A stretch of 64,000 bases of DNA from Alphaproteobacteria bacterium (lineage in GTDB: Bacteria > Pseudomonadota > Alphaproteobacteria > SP197). The translations under genes and the position numbers were made by a program. The stretch lies in contig OZ219747.1 of NCBI GenBank assembly GCA_964291265.2, positions 3,264,001 to 3,328,000 of the forward strand, in the 5' to 3' direction. Below are positions 40,700 to 51,107 of the stretch, piece by piece. The stretch's first letter is position 1. Each line of letters begins with the position of its first letter. A model generated the notes under the pieces. It saw only the letters and a list, made by a program, of their open reading frames with translations. It did no database searches and had not been told where the DNA came from.

Positions 40700-42268
40700 G
40701 CCTGCGGGTTGTCCTCCTCATCGTGGCCTTCAGCGTCTGCATGATCGCTTCCGGCGCCTTCGACGCATTTGCGGAAACAGGCGACGATGGATCGGCGGGT
40801 GGCGCGTCACCCTCCTGCGCGGAGTGGAACACCTTCGGTTTCTTCGAACACGCCGAGATAATGGATGTCTCCCGCTGCCTCGACGTCGGCGCCGACCCGA
40901 ATGAGCGGGATGAGGATGGATGGATGCCCCTGCACTACGCGGTGGCGTACATTGACACTCCGGCGATTGTCGAGGTGTTGCTCAACGCCGGCGCCGACCT
41001 GAATGCGCGGGGTGGCTTAGGTGGATGGACGCCCCTGCACGGGGCGGCGGCATTAGGCCGAAGTTCCAGGGCTGATCAGGCGCAAGTATATGATAGGAAT
41101 GACATTCGATGGATCTCAGAGGCGTCTGACTGGGTACACTACGGCTTTACGCCGAGGAGTTTGAGTGTTCTTCTCTGGAGCGGCGTGGGCCGCGTAGTGA
41201 CCTTGAAGGGCCCGGCGCCCGGCGAAGTGGAGCGCCACGGTGTTGCGGGTGATGGTGCGCTTCTTGACCTTTCCGACTTCGCGCCGGGGGCTCGTGGAGC
41301 ATGATGACGGGTGGGGGGGACTGGTTGAGGAGGGCTTTGATGCACATGGCTACCGTGCATGGGCGTACCGTGGACGTATGTCAAGCACAAGGTGCATTCA
41401 TACATGGGTACACTGTGAAGCCTGATGAATCAAACAAAGAACGCAAAATCAGTGAGTTGTTGTGAAGATCAGCAGGAAATCGTCCGGAACTTCGGATTAG
41501 GTGACACCCCGGCGGTTGTCGAGGCGCTCCTCGCTGCCGGCGCCGACCTGAATGCGCGGAATGAGGATGGATGGACGCCCCTGCACGGGGCGGCGGCCAA
41601 CAACGACACCCCGGCGGTCGCCGCTGCACCACGCGACGGCAAGATTCATTCGTCGAGACCGCGACATCGACCTCGACACTCCGGCGGTCGTCGAGGTATT
41701 GCTCAACGCGGGCGCCGACCCGAATGCGAGGGATGATGAGGGATGGACGCCTCTGCACAGGGCGGTATTCAACGGCATCCCGGTGGTTGTCGAAGTGTTC
41801 ATCAATGCAGGTGCCGATCTGAATGCGCAGGACCAGTTCGAATTCACGCCTCTGCACAGGGCGGTATTTGAAGTCGGCTACCTATCGGAAACCGCCGAGC
41901 ACTTGGCGGCTATCGAGCTGTTGCTCGACGCCGGCGCCGACCCGAATGTGCGGGATTATGAGGCATCGACGCCCCTGTACATCGCGGCAGGAGACCAAGG
42001 CGACGACAGCTTGGCGGCTCTCGAGCTGTTGCTCAACGCCGGTGCCGACCCGAATGCGCGGGGTAGGAAAGGATGGACGCCCCTGCACGCGGCGGGAATC
42101 CAAAACAACCCGGCGGCTTTCGCCCCGTTGCTAAACGCCAGTGCCGACCCAAATGCGCCGGATGATAAGGGAAATCTTCCCTGGGCGTCGTTCGACAACC
42201 GCCCGACGATTGCCGAGCTGTTGTGCAACGCTGGCTCCGAACATGTCCTTTGCGAGGCTCAACACTAA
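40700..42268 (+). pseudogene. Ankyrin-repeat protein disrupted by an IS1634 miniature and a deletion near 41620
   Basis: CAEWNTFGFF cap, repeated GADPNARDxxGWTPLH and DTPAVVEVLL units. Confidence 0.88.
41058..41495 (-). mobile_element. Internally deleted IS1634 derivative (438 bp)
   Basis: TIR CCGAAGTTCC / GGAACTTCGG; 6-bp TSD ATTAGG (41052-41057, 41496-41501); residual TRPTPLQRRTLKLLGV. Confidence 0.88.
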
Positions 42269-42277
42269 TGTCACTAA

Positions 42278-43939
42278 GGGTGCAGTTCTCGTATGGCGAA
42301 GCCAAGTCATTGATTTATCGCGGTTGTACGGTCGCGATGGAGCGGCGAAAACGGGGTTTCGTGACAATTGCCCGTTTCAGGACCGGATTTTGTCACGATG
42401 GCAGGGCTTGGCGGTGGATGCGGGAACGCTCCGCACCGCAAGATGCGATATGATGCTAGCTTGAAACCACAACATCAGGAGCGCTCCCATGTCAGTGTCA
42501 CAGCTTCGGCCTTCCGCGTCCATCGATCTTTCCGGCTTGCCGCCTCGGGTTGTCGAAGCGGTCACGCAAGTGACCGCGGTGTGTCATCGACAGCTTGGTT
42601 CAGAGCGCTCTGCCGAGGCCTTCGAGGAAGCGGAGCGGCGGGTGCTTGAGAGCGTGCACGCGCTTGGCTGCGAGATCCTGGGTGCCTGTGCCGAGGCTCG
42701 GGACGACGGTGCGCCCCGGATCGAGCGGGACGGGCAGAACTGGTTCCGTGTGGCGCCGACGCCGAAGACGATCATGACCTCGCTCGGCCCGGTGACCTTT
42801 CGGCGTGCGCGCTACCGCACCGGCGGGCACCGCCGGTCGCTGATGCCGGTGGACGAAAGCCTGGGCCTCGTCGACGACTACCTGACACGGCCGGCGGCTC
42901 AGCTTGGGCTGATGATGATGGTCCACTGCACGGCGCGGGAAGCGGAGGCGTTCTTCGGCAAGCTCGGCGCCATGACGCCGTCTGTGAGCACCTTGCAGCG
43001 CTTGAGCCTGACCATGCAGGAGCGCTGGGAACGTCTCGGCCCGCAGGCCCTGGATGGCATCCGGGAAGCCGAGGACATTCCGCAGGACGCGGTCACCGCC
43101 TCGGTCTCGCTCGACGGCGTCATGGTGGCGCTGCGGGCCGGCGAGGACGGCCGTAGCGAGGCCTGCTGGCGCGAGGCGGCCTGTGGCACAGTCTCCTTCC
43201 ACGATGCCGACGGTGAGCGCCTGAAGACCGTCTATCTCGGCCGCATGCCCGAGCGCGGCAAGTGCACGCTGAAGGCGCAGCTGGCAAGCGAGGTCGCGCA
43301 TATCAGGCGCGAGCGTCCCGAGATCAGGATCAGCGCCATCGCCGACGCCGCCGCTGACAACTGGACCTTCCTCTCTGATCTTGATCCCGAAACCGAGGTG
43401 ATCGACTTCTGGCATGCCTGCGAGCATCTGCGCGTGGCGGCCGATCATGCAGCGGCGCCCCACTGGTTCGAGAAGTACCGCGAGATCCTGCGTCACGACC
43501 CCCGCGGCATCGACAGGGTGATCCGGGCGCTGCGCCACCTTCGCGACACCGCCAAGCCGGCGGGCCGAGCCGACATCGACAGGGAACTGGCCTTCTTCCG
43601 CAAGCATCGCCACCGCATGCGCTACCACGCACTGAAGCAACAGGGGATCGCCATCGGCTCGGGAGTTGTCGAGGCAGCCAACAAGACCCTCGTCACACAG
43701 CGCATGAAGCGCTCCGGCATGCGCTGGCGCATCGTCGGCGGACAAGCCGTTCTCACCTTCCGCGCCCTCATCAAATCCGGCCGCTTCGAAAGCGCGTGGA
43801 CAGCCATGATCGGGGCAGACGACGCACCAGCCAACGACAACATCAACCCACATCACACCCAGGCGCTGGCAGCATAAGATGAAACAATGGAATTAAGCCC
43901 ATAACTTAAAAGCATAACTGCCATACTAGACTCACACCC
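42278..43939 (+). mobile_element. ISKra4-family insertion sequence
   Basis: Imperfect 20-bp TIRs GGGTG...GTATGGC; 6-bp TSD CACTAA (42272-42277, 43940-43945). Confidence 0.85.
42489..43877 (+). CDS. ISKra4 family DDE transposase
   Basis: SLDGVMV, IADAAADNW, DFWHACEHL, IGSGVVEAANKTLVTQRMKRSGMRW; intact frame. Confidence 0.88.
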   Translation: MSVSQLRPSASIDLSGLPPRVVEAVTQVTAVCHRQLGSERSAEAFEEAERRVLESVHALGCEILGACAEARDDGAPRIERDGQNWFRVAPTPKTIMTSLGPVTFRRARYRTGGHRRSLMPVDESLGLVDDYLTRPAAQLGLMMMVHCTAREAEAFFGKLGAMTPSVSTLQRLSLTMQERWERLGPQALDGIREAEDIPQDAVTASVSLDGVMVALRAGEDGRSEACWREAACGTVSFHDADGERLKTVYLGRMPERGKCTLKAQLASEVAHIRRERPEIRISAIADAAADNWTFLSDLDPETEVIDFWHACEHLRVAADHAAAPHWFEKYREILRHDPRGIDRVIRALRHLRDTAKPAGRADIDRELAFFRKHRHRMRYHALKQQGIAIGSGVVEAANKTLVTQRMKRSGMRWRIVGGQAVLTFRALIKSGRFESAWTAMIGADDAPANDNINPHHTQALAA

Positions 43940-44094
43940 CACTAATGAGGCTATGCCTCAGACCGACGAGAGACGTCGCGGAAGGGAAAGGACTCCGCCC
44001 GCTGTTCCGCTCTGCGGTGACCCGCCTGATACAGCCCGAGGGCTGGGTTGGTTATGATAACCATGTGGGGAACCCATCGTTCGGAGTCCAGAAG

Positions 44095-45832
44095 ATGACG
44101 ATAGCACGGTCTGTTGGCGAGGTCCTTGAGAATCACGTGACGCTGGAGCTTGAGTGTCTGGACCGGCTGTATCTCAACGCCTATGTGCCAATGCTGCAGA
44201 CGGGTGGTGGCGCGGCCTGGTTCTTTCGGGAGGTCCGGGGCAATCCTGTTCCGTCATCGGCTCTGATGGCGCCGATGACGCGGCGCTTTGTGACGCGCCT
44301 GGAGCGGTTTGCCCGGGACCAGGGTGTCGACCTTGTCAGCTTCAGGAAGGGGGAGCGCAAGGATGATGTGACACAGAAGTATCTTCGCCTGTGGTCTGGC
44401 GGTGAAGGTGTCCTTTACGTCGGCAAGGCCCAGGAGAAGGCCCGTGTCCTGCGTACGCAGAAGCGCGTTGATCCGGCGACCGGCAGAGCGTCCTGCGAAT
44501 TGGTTCACAGCACGGCGATGGTCAATGCCTGGTACATCTACATCGTGGACGACGACTTCGGTCCCTGCTTCATCAAGTTCTGTTCCTACTTCCCGTACAA
44601 CGCCAAGCTGTGCCTCAACGGTCACGAATACCTGAAGCGTCAGCTGAGCAAGCGCGGGGTGGCCTTCGAGGCTCTCGACAACGGCATCTGGAGTTGTGCC
44701 GATCCTCGGATCATGCAGGCCGTGGCCGGGGAGATCGATGCCTCACGGATCGACGCGCTGTTCCGCAAGTGGACGGCATGTCTTCCCCATCCCTTCACCG
44801 ACGAGGACGCGATGAGGGGCATCCGCTACGACCTGTCGATTCTCCAGGCGGAGTGTGCGCTCACACAGGTGTTTGACCGTCCTCTTCACGGCCGGATTCT
44901 GTTCGAGGAGATCATGCGCGAGAACCTCGACATCGGCCGTCCTGACCATGTGCAGTTGATCTTCAACCGCCGTATCACACGGCGGACCACCTCGCGGTTC
45001 AGAACCCGCGTCATCACCGACGGCGTGCAGCCGTCGCTGCATGTGGATTACAAGCATTCGCGTATCAAGCAGTACTTCAAGGAAGGCCGTGCCCTGCGAA
45101 CGCAGAAGGTGATCAACAACACGTATGACTTCGGCATCAAGCGCAGACTGATCAACCTCGATGACCTCAAAGCCGTCGCTGCATGTGGATGACAAGCATT
45201 CGCGTATCAAGCAGTACTTCAAGGAAGGCCGTGCCCTGCGAACGCAGAAGGTGATCAACAACACGTATGACTTCGGCATCAAGCGCAGACTGATCAACCT
45301 CGATGACCTCAAGGAGGTCGGCTTCGACGCCACCCGACGTCTTCTCGACGTCCAACGCATCAGTCACGACTGTCCGATCGGAGCAGCCACTTTCGATGCC
45401 CTGCATCAACCTGTCGTCGTCGACGAACGTCGGGTATCCGCCCTGCGCTTCGGTGATCCACGCATCCAGGCAGTCCTCGCAGCCATCCTGCTGCATGTCT
45501 TCCTCCCCATGGGCTTCAACAACCGCCAGATGAGACAAGGCCGTTGCCGATCTCCTGTCGACCGATACCTATGGCTCACGTCAGGCCACCTATGATCTGC
45601 GGCGCCTGCGCCTGCGGGGCCTCATCGAGAGGATACCGTCATCCCATCGCTATCGTCTGACGCAAGAGGGCAGAGGATCGCTCTTGCCTATTGCCGCATC
45701 CACCGGCGGACACTCAGCCCTGCCCTGGCGGCGGCCTTCGATGACAAGGCGCCATCCAGGCTCGGACGCATCCTCCACTCGCTCGATGACGAGGTCAGCA
45801 AACTCTGGGAGGGACAGACCCTTGCCGCCTGA
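44095..45832 (+). pseudogene. Unclassified IS-like ORF (about 500 aa when repaired) with a C-terminal winged helix; frameshifted
   Basis: DRLYLNAYVP, FIKFCSYFPY, LNGHEY, YKHSRIKQYFKEGRALR, TYDLRRLRLRGLIERIPSSHRYRLT. Confidence 0.7.
45029..45312 (+). repeat. 142-bp tandem duplication
   Basis: 45029-45170 and 45171-45312 differ only at GATTAC/GATGAC by eye; causes a frameshift. Confidence 0.9.
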
Positions 45833-46022
45833 ATATGTCCGTGATGAAAACTTGGCTCATCTGTGCACTATTGCCTTCATTCAAGGAATCTAGTGTGGTA
45901 GACTCTACTCTTCAGTCAATGGCCTGCTACGGAGGTAACGATGGCCGGTAACACCAAAGAACTGCAGTTTTGTTCATGCGCGCCCATAAGCAACTCCACA
46001 TTCTGGTGATCGAGACAACGCC

Positions 46023-46478
46023 ATGACCAGCATCGCCGAACACTACTGTGGCAAAATTCCTACTGGGTGTGTTGGAGGTCCGCCGAAGTGTCCGACGCCA
46101 GGCATGGACGTAGAGTTCTCGAATGTTTGCCACAGACATGTCCGAATTCCACAATGGACAATCATAACCTGTTCAGCAGCATCTATTTTTATTGGTTTCG
46201 TGATGAGCGTATTGTTGTTCTGGGTCACCTACGCGGAACAACAGAACATTGACAAAAAATGGGTGTTTTTTAGCCAGAGATTTGAAGCGTTTTTGTCGGA
46301 TACTGGAAATTTCCCAATTTTACTTCTTGTTGTGTTCGTTGTCATTTGGCATTTGGCAACAGTGGTTGCATGCCATAGAAAATATACATCTATTTCAGAC
46401 TATATTGTCGTCACTTTCGCTGTTCCCATGACAGGCATGACGGTTTTCGCAACGGTAGTACGGAGCATTATTGAGTAA
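46023..46478 (+). CDS. Low-GC hypothetical membrane protein (about 3 TM)
   Basis: Three hydrophobic stretches; visibly AT-rich; start uncertain. Confidence 0.5.
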   Translation: MTSIAEHYCGKIPTGCVGGPPKCPTPGMDVEFSNVCHRHVRIPQWTIITCSAASIFIGFVMSVLLFWVTYAEQQNIDKKWVFFSQRFEAFLSDTGNFPILLLVVFVVIWHLATVVACHRKYTSISDYIVVTFAVPMTGMTVFATVVRSIIE

Positions 46479-46530
46479 AACGATACGAAGTACTATTGAA
46501 TACAGCGTAAATAATGTAAGGAGGTTTGCA

Positions 46531-47091
46531 ATGCGCACAAGACATCTGACATTGGCTTTGCTATTCGGAATGGCAAGCGGCAGCAGTGCTGTCGTTGGTC
46601 AAGATTGCGTGTATGTCGAACCACACAATTGGAGGAGTGAAATGAAATTGGGCTTCGCCTATATTTTTAACCCTAAGCTTGCAGCAGAGGCAGAGGTTTT
46701 TCACATCTACAGTAATGAGAGTATATCCGGTCTATTTAAATCGGACGGTTCCCAGCTTAGTGAGCAGGACGGCTATGATGGCAATGAGGGACCGAATTTG
46801 ATGGTTTCGTGGGTGAATCCAGATACCGAACACGCTCTGATCTTGAGCGACCCCGCTTCACGTGGTGTCGCCAATGGCAACGAGATGGAACATGGAACAT
46901 GGGATGGTACTCTAGGTGGCCCTGAGGCGACGCAGTTCAGCGAGTGGCCGGTGTACTGGGCAGCTCAGGAAGAGTTGGAAGGAACCAATGTAGTGCCAGA
47001 GTACATGCTGATTCACTGGCCTGATGAGCATTCAATATCAACGACGGACTGGGACGAACTGATCGAAAAAGTTTGTAGTGCGTCGGAGTAA
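46531..47091 (+). CDS. Low-GC hypothetical secreted protein
   Basis: AGGAGG RBS, signal peptide MRTRHLTLALLFGMASG, acidic mature part with terminal Cys pair. Confidence 0.65.
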   Translation: MRTRHLTLALLFGMASGSSAVVGQDCVYVEPHNWRSEMKLGFAYIFNPKLAAEAEVFHIYSNESISGLFKSDGSQLSEQDGYDGNEGPNLMVSWVNPDTEHALILSDPASRGVANGNEMEHGTWDGTLGGPEATQFSEWPVYWAAQEELEGTNVVPEYMLIHWPDEHSISTTDWDELIEKVCSASE

Positions 47092-47282
47092 CTTCACAAC
47101 TTCGATTTGGACGAAGGCCGCTTCGCGGCCATGGGTGCTTGTGATCGAGCACTGTGCTGAGCGATCGATGTGAGTGGTTGTGTTGAGAGATCGCCGTTCC
47201 TGATGTTTCGATGATCTGATCGAGGCACCACACTTCCTGGTCTCCCGACTGTTCGGGAGGACCATCAACCAGGGAGTGAGAG

Positions 47283-48141
47283 ATGAAGGCAAAGGAAGTT
47301 TCGCCTCTGCGCCAGAAGACGATCGATGTGATGACGATGAAGGGTCTGTCGTCTGGCACGCAGGAGAACTATCTGCGTGAGATGACGATGTTCGACCTCC
47401 ATACCGGACATCAGCTGGAGAGTCAGACGGGCGAGGCGATCGGGGCCTGGATCCTGGAGCGGATTGGCAAGGGTCTGGCGCCGCGCACGACCAACGTCAC
47501 GGTGACGGCGATCCGCCTGTTCTATGATAGTGTGCTCGGTCAGCCCGAGAAGGTCGAACATCTGCGTTGTCGCCGGGTTCCCGACCGCCTGCCGCGGACG
47601 ATCCCTTCAAGAGGATGTCGAGCACCTGATCCAGGCGTTCACCGACGTACGCTACCGCACGGCAACCGTTGTTGCCTACGGCGCGGCGCTGCGCATCTCG
47701 GAAGTGGTGTCGCTGCAGGTCACGGACATCCGCCGTGAGCAAGGTCTCCTGCACATCCGCGAGAGCAAGGGCCACCACGAGCGCATGGCCTACCTGCCCG
47801 ACGCCGTGCTCAAGGAACTGGAGCGCTACTGGAAGACCACCTGGCCACGTCCCCAAAGCTGGCTCTTCTACAGCCACACGCCCGATACGCCGATCACCGT
47901 GAAAGGACTGCAGGCCGCCTTCCGAAGGGCCCGTGACCAAGTCGGCCTCGATCACGGGGTCACCTTTCACAGTCTGCGGCACGCGGCCGCAACACATCTT
48001 CTCGAAAGAGGTGCGCCGCAGAGTGTCGTGCAGGACGTCCTGGGACACAAGTCTCCGGAGACAACAAGGGTCTATGCCCGCACCACGGGCATCATGTTCC
48101 GCAAGCTCGACCACCCGGTGAAGGGGTTCCTGGCCGCCTGA
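47283..48141 (+). pseudogene. Tyrosine recombinase (IS91-associated type), frameshift near 47605
   Basis: SPLRQKTID N-terminus, LRISEVV, FHSLRHAAATHLLE, LGHKSPETTRVY. Confidence 0.85.
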
Positions 48142-48145
48142 TCCC

Positions 48146-48376
48146 TTGACCCGTCCCACCCCCGGCGTGGCGGACATCATTCGCCACGCCGGACCCGGCT
48201 TCCGCGTCACCCACGCCGGACGGCTGAACGCGCTCTCGTGCGAGGTGCTTGACCGCATCGCATCCTGCCGCACGGCGGAACTCGGCGGTCACCTCTACCA
48301 GTGCACCCGCTGCGAGCGCTTCCATGTCGCACCCGAAAGTTCTCTCCGTTCCGCCTCGTCCAGGGTCACCACGTAG
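48146..48376 (+). pseudogene. IS91-family transposase zinc-binding N-terminal fragment
   Basis: VADIIRHAG, IASCRTAELGGHLYQCTRC; truncated. Confidence 0.8.
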
Positions 48377-48879
48377 CGTTTCATACTCCGGCCTCCGTCC
48401 CGAATGGACGGACAGTCTAGCACCAAATATACGACATATCATTATTGACATGACACTAGCGCTGCCATGTCATGATAAATCAGGTCTGAACGTGCTGCTT
48501 GGTCTGCGCTGGCTTGCCGCCATGATGGCACGATCCAGCATTCTTCACACTCTGCGCGAGGACGGGGCTGGGCTCGCGTTGCTGCCATCCTGTGGCAGGA
48601 GCAGCACTCCGGCCGTCGGACTGCGAGCCGCCGGGTCTGCGAGGAGTTTTCGTTCCGGGACGCGGCGGGGCGTTGGCAGATGTCGAGTTGTCTGAAGGCC
48701 CTGACCACGTTGGCATTGTCGTATCCGACAGATCCGGCTTCCGGCGGCGCAGGCTGCTGCCGTGGACAACTCTCCGCGTCTTCTTGACGGAGAAGTGCCG
48801 CTGCCGGTCGGGGTGCCGTCCCGTCTGTCCGGGATGGCGCAGGTGCGGTTGTCGGTGGTGACCGGGGTTTCGGAGGATG

Positions 48880-49330
48880 CGGTATGGAACACCATCACCC
48901 GGGACAGGCTCGATCTTGCGGATGATCTCCTGCGTCCATGCAAGGGGAATGTCCTTTCTGAACTCATGGCGACGATCCTGCCAATCCGGCCTTCCTCGAT
49001 GGTCTGTTTCGCCATGCGGTAACGCGGATTGCAAAGGCAGACATGCCCCACTTGCAGGATGCCCCGGCCAGAACGCGCTGCATCGGGACTCCGTCTGCAT
49101 TCGCCAAGGTCCATGGCCATCGGCCTTGAACACGTGCTTGCCGGCTTCAAGTGCTGCGCACGCAGGCGCCACTGGGTGACGATGGAAATGGCGTCGATGG
49201 ACGGGTCAGAGATGATCTCGCGACAGTCCGTTGCCGTTATCCCGACGCCGAACTTCTCCGATGTCTCCTGCAGGCGTTCCGGACGCCTGGTGCAAGGGCA
49301 TTCGGAGTCCCTGCGATGATCTCGCAGTGA
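48880..49330 (-). pseudogene. Gfo/Idh/MocA oxidoreductase remnant
   Basis: DPSIDAISIVT, ALEAGKHVF, LQVGH, IEEGRIG across several frames. Confidence 0.7.
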
Positions 49331-49509
49331 ACGTCGCCAGGTCAGCCGGGTCCGATCACCGCAGTCTTCAGTCCATTCTTCACGAACCCCTCCCCTGTTC
49401 TCGCGGATGCAGACTGCCGCCTCGCCTCGCCTCGCACTCCGTCGCCGCCGTTGGCGGCGTGGTTCACAGTTGGTAGTCTGTTGCTGGAAACCTCTGGGGA
49501 GAGTGTCCG

Positions 49510-51087
49510 ATGAAGCAACCGGAACTCGACCGTCGCACACTCATGGGAGCGACCGCGGCAGTGTCGGCGACGGCGTTGGTACAATCGTGGATGGCGCCGG
49601 CACAGGCTTCGGTGACACCTGATCGAGTGCTGCGCATGCGCACCAACCGCACGATCGTGTCGACGGATCCAGGCTACATGGTCGGCGGCATGGAAACCGT
49701 TCTGCAGTACGCCTGCCTGGCTCAGTTGGCGACCCTGAACGAAGGACCGGACTGGTCCTGGTCGCCCAGCGAATTTGTTGCGCATGTCGAGCAGGTTGAT
49801 GCCCGGACCATCGTTTTCGAACTCAAGGCGGGCATCCAGTGGCACGACGGCGCGACACACGAGGTCATCAGTGAACTTGATGCCGAAGACGTCAAGTTTT
49901 CACTCGAACGGATCAAGGAGTCGGAGTGGAAGGACAAGGCGGCTGCGCTTGATCATGTCGAGGTCACGGGTTCTCACTCGGGAGTCATCCACCTCAACCA
50001 GCCATTTGCCCCGGTCTGGTACACGTGGCTGGCCTCCGGTACCGGCACCATCCTGTGCCGAAAGGCGGTGGAGGCGTCCGGCGGCAAGTACGATGGCATG
50101 TTCGGTTTCTACATCGGTCCCTTCCGCATCAAGGACTGGTCGCCCAAGCAGTTCTATGAACTCGAAGCCAATCCGTTCTGGACCGGAACTCCCGCCGGCA
50201 TCAACACCGTGCGGTTCATCGTCATCGAGGACGAGAAGACGGCAGAAATCGCCTATGAGGCCGGCGACGTCGACTTCACCCACATCAGCACCGACACGCT
50301 GGCCCGCTATCAGAGCGACGGGGCGCCGGACAGCACCGTTCTCGAGGTCTACCCGGGACTGTTGTGGACATGGATGGGAATCAATACCGATCATCCCAAA
50401 CTTCGGGACGTCCGCGTGCGCAAGGCCATCCAGCGGGCCATCGATGTCGATACCATCCTCGAGGCCGCTTATGCCGGTGTGGCGCCGAAGTCCCACGGCA
50501 TCGTGCCTCCCGGTGTCCTGGGGCATCGCACGACCAGCCACTACAGCTATGCGCCGGACGAGGCGCGGTCCCTGATCGCCGAGGCTGGCGCCGAGGGCCT
50601 TCAGCTGGAACTCAAGACGATCAACCGTACGGACCGCATGGCAGCCGCCACGGTCATCCAGGCCAACCTGGCGGACGTGGGTATCGAGCTTGATGTCATT
50701 CCGCTGGATCCGGGGCCGTTCTGGAACCTCGGACTGGAATCTTCGGGCGACGACTGGAAGGACCTGCAGTTGTGGATCATGCGTTACGGCGATGCTCCGG
50801 ACCCCAGCCAGATGGCACAGTGGTATGTCGAAGCCCAGGTCGGCGTGTGGAACTGGGAACGCTGGAAGGATGCCGAATTCGACGCGCTGTTCCTCGAAGG
50901 CCTCGGTGAAACCGACGAGGGGCGGCGCGAGGAAATCTATCTGCGCATGCAGGACATCATGGAAGATACCGGCGCCTATGTGTGGATCACGCACGAGCCG
51001 GTCGGCATCATCCATCGTGAAGAACTCTCACCGTCGATCCGGCCGAATGGCTGGCAGTTCTACATGCAGAGGTTCGCCTGGACATGA
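49510..51087 (+). CDS. ABC transporter substrate-binding protein family 5, Tat-exported
   Basis: DRRTLM Tat signal, AEDVKFS, GPFRIKDW, DVRVRKAIQRAID. Confidence 0.9.
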   Translation: MKQPELDRRTLMGATAAVSATALVQSWMAPAQASVTPDRVLRMRTNRTIVSTDPGYMVGGMETVLQYACLAQLATLNEGPDWSWSPSEFVAHVEQVDARTIVFELKAGIQWHDGATHEVISELDAEDVKFSLERIKESEWKDKAAALDHVEVTGSHSGVIHLNQPFAPVWYTWLASGTGTILCRKAVEASGGKYDGMFGFYIGPFRIKDWSPKQFYELEANPFWTGTPAGINTVRFIVIEDEKTAEIAYEAGDVDFTHISTDTLARYQSDGAPDSTVLEVYPGLLWTWMGINTDHPKLRDVRVRKAIQRAIDVDTILEAAYAGVAPKSHGIVPPGVLGHRTTSHYSYAPDEARSLIAEAGAEGLQLELKTINRTDRMAAATVIQANLADVGIELDVIPLDPGPFWNLGLESSGDDWKDLQLWIMRYGDAPDPSQMAQWYVEAQVGVWNWERWKDAEFDALFLEGLGETDEGRREEIYLRMQDIMEDTGAYVWITHEPVGIIHREELSPSIRPNGWQFYMQRFAWT

Positions 51088-51107
51088 TGCAGGAGGGTTG
51101 ACCGGCG

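Noticed and set aside
48421-48455. Second dif copy at the island right end
   Set aside because: AT-rich but lacks the CATAA-N6-TTATG arrangement
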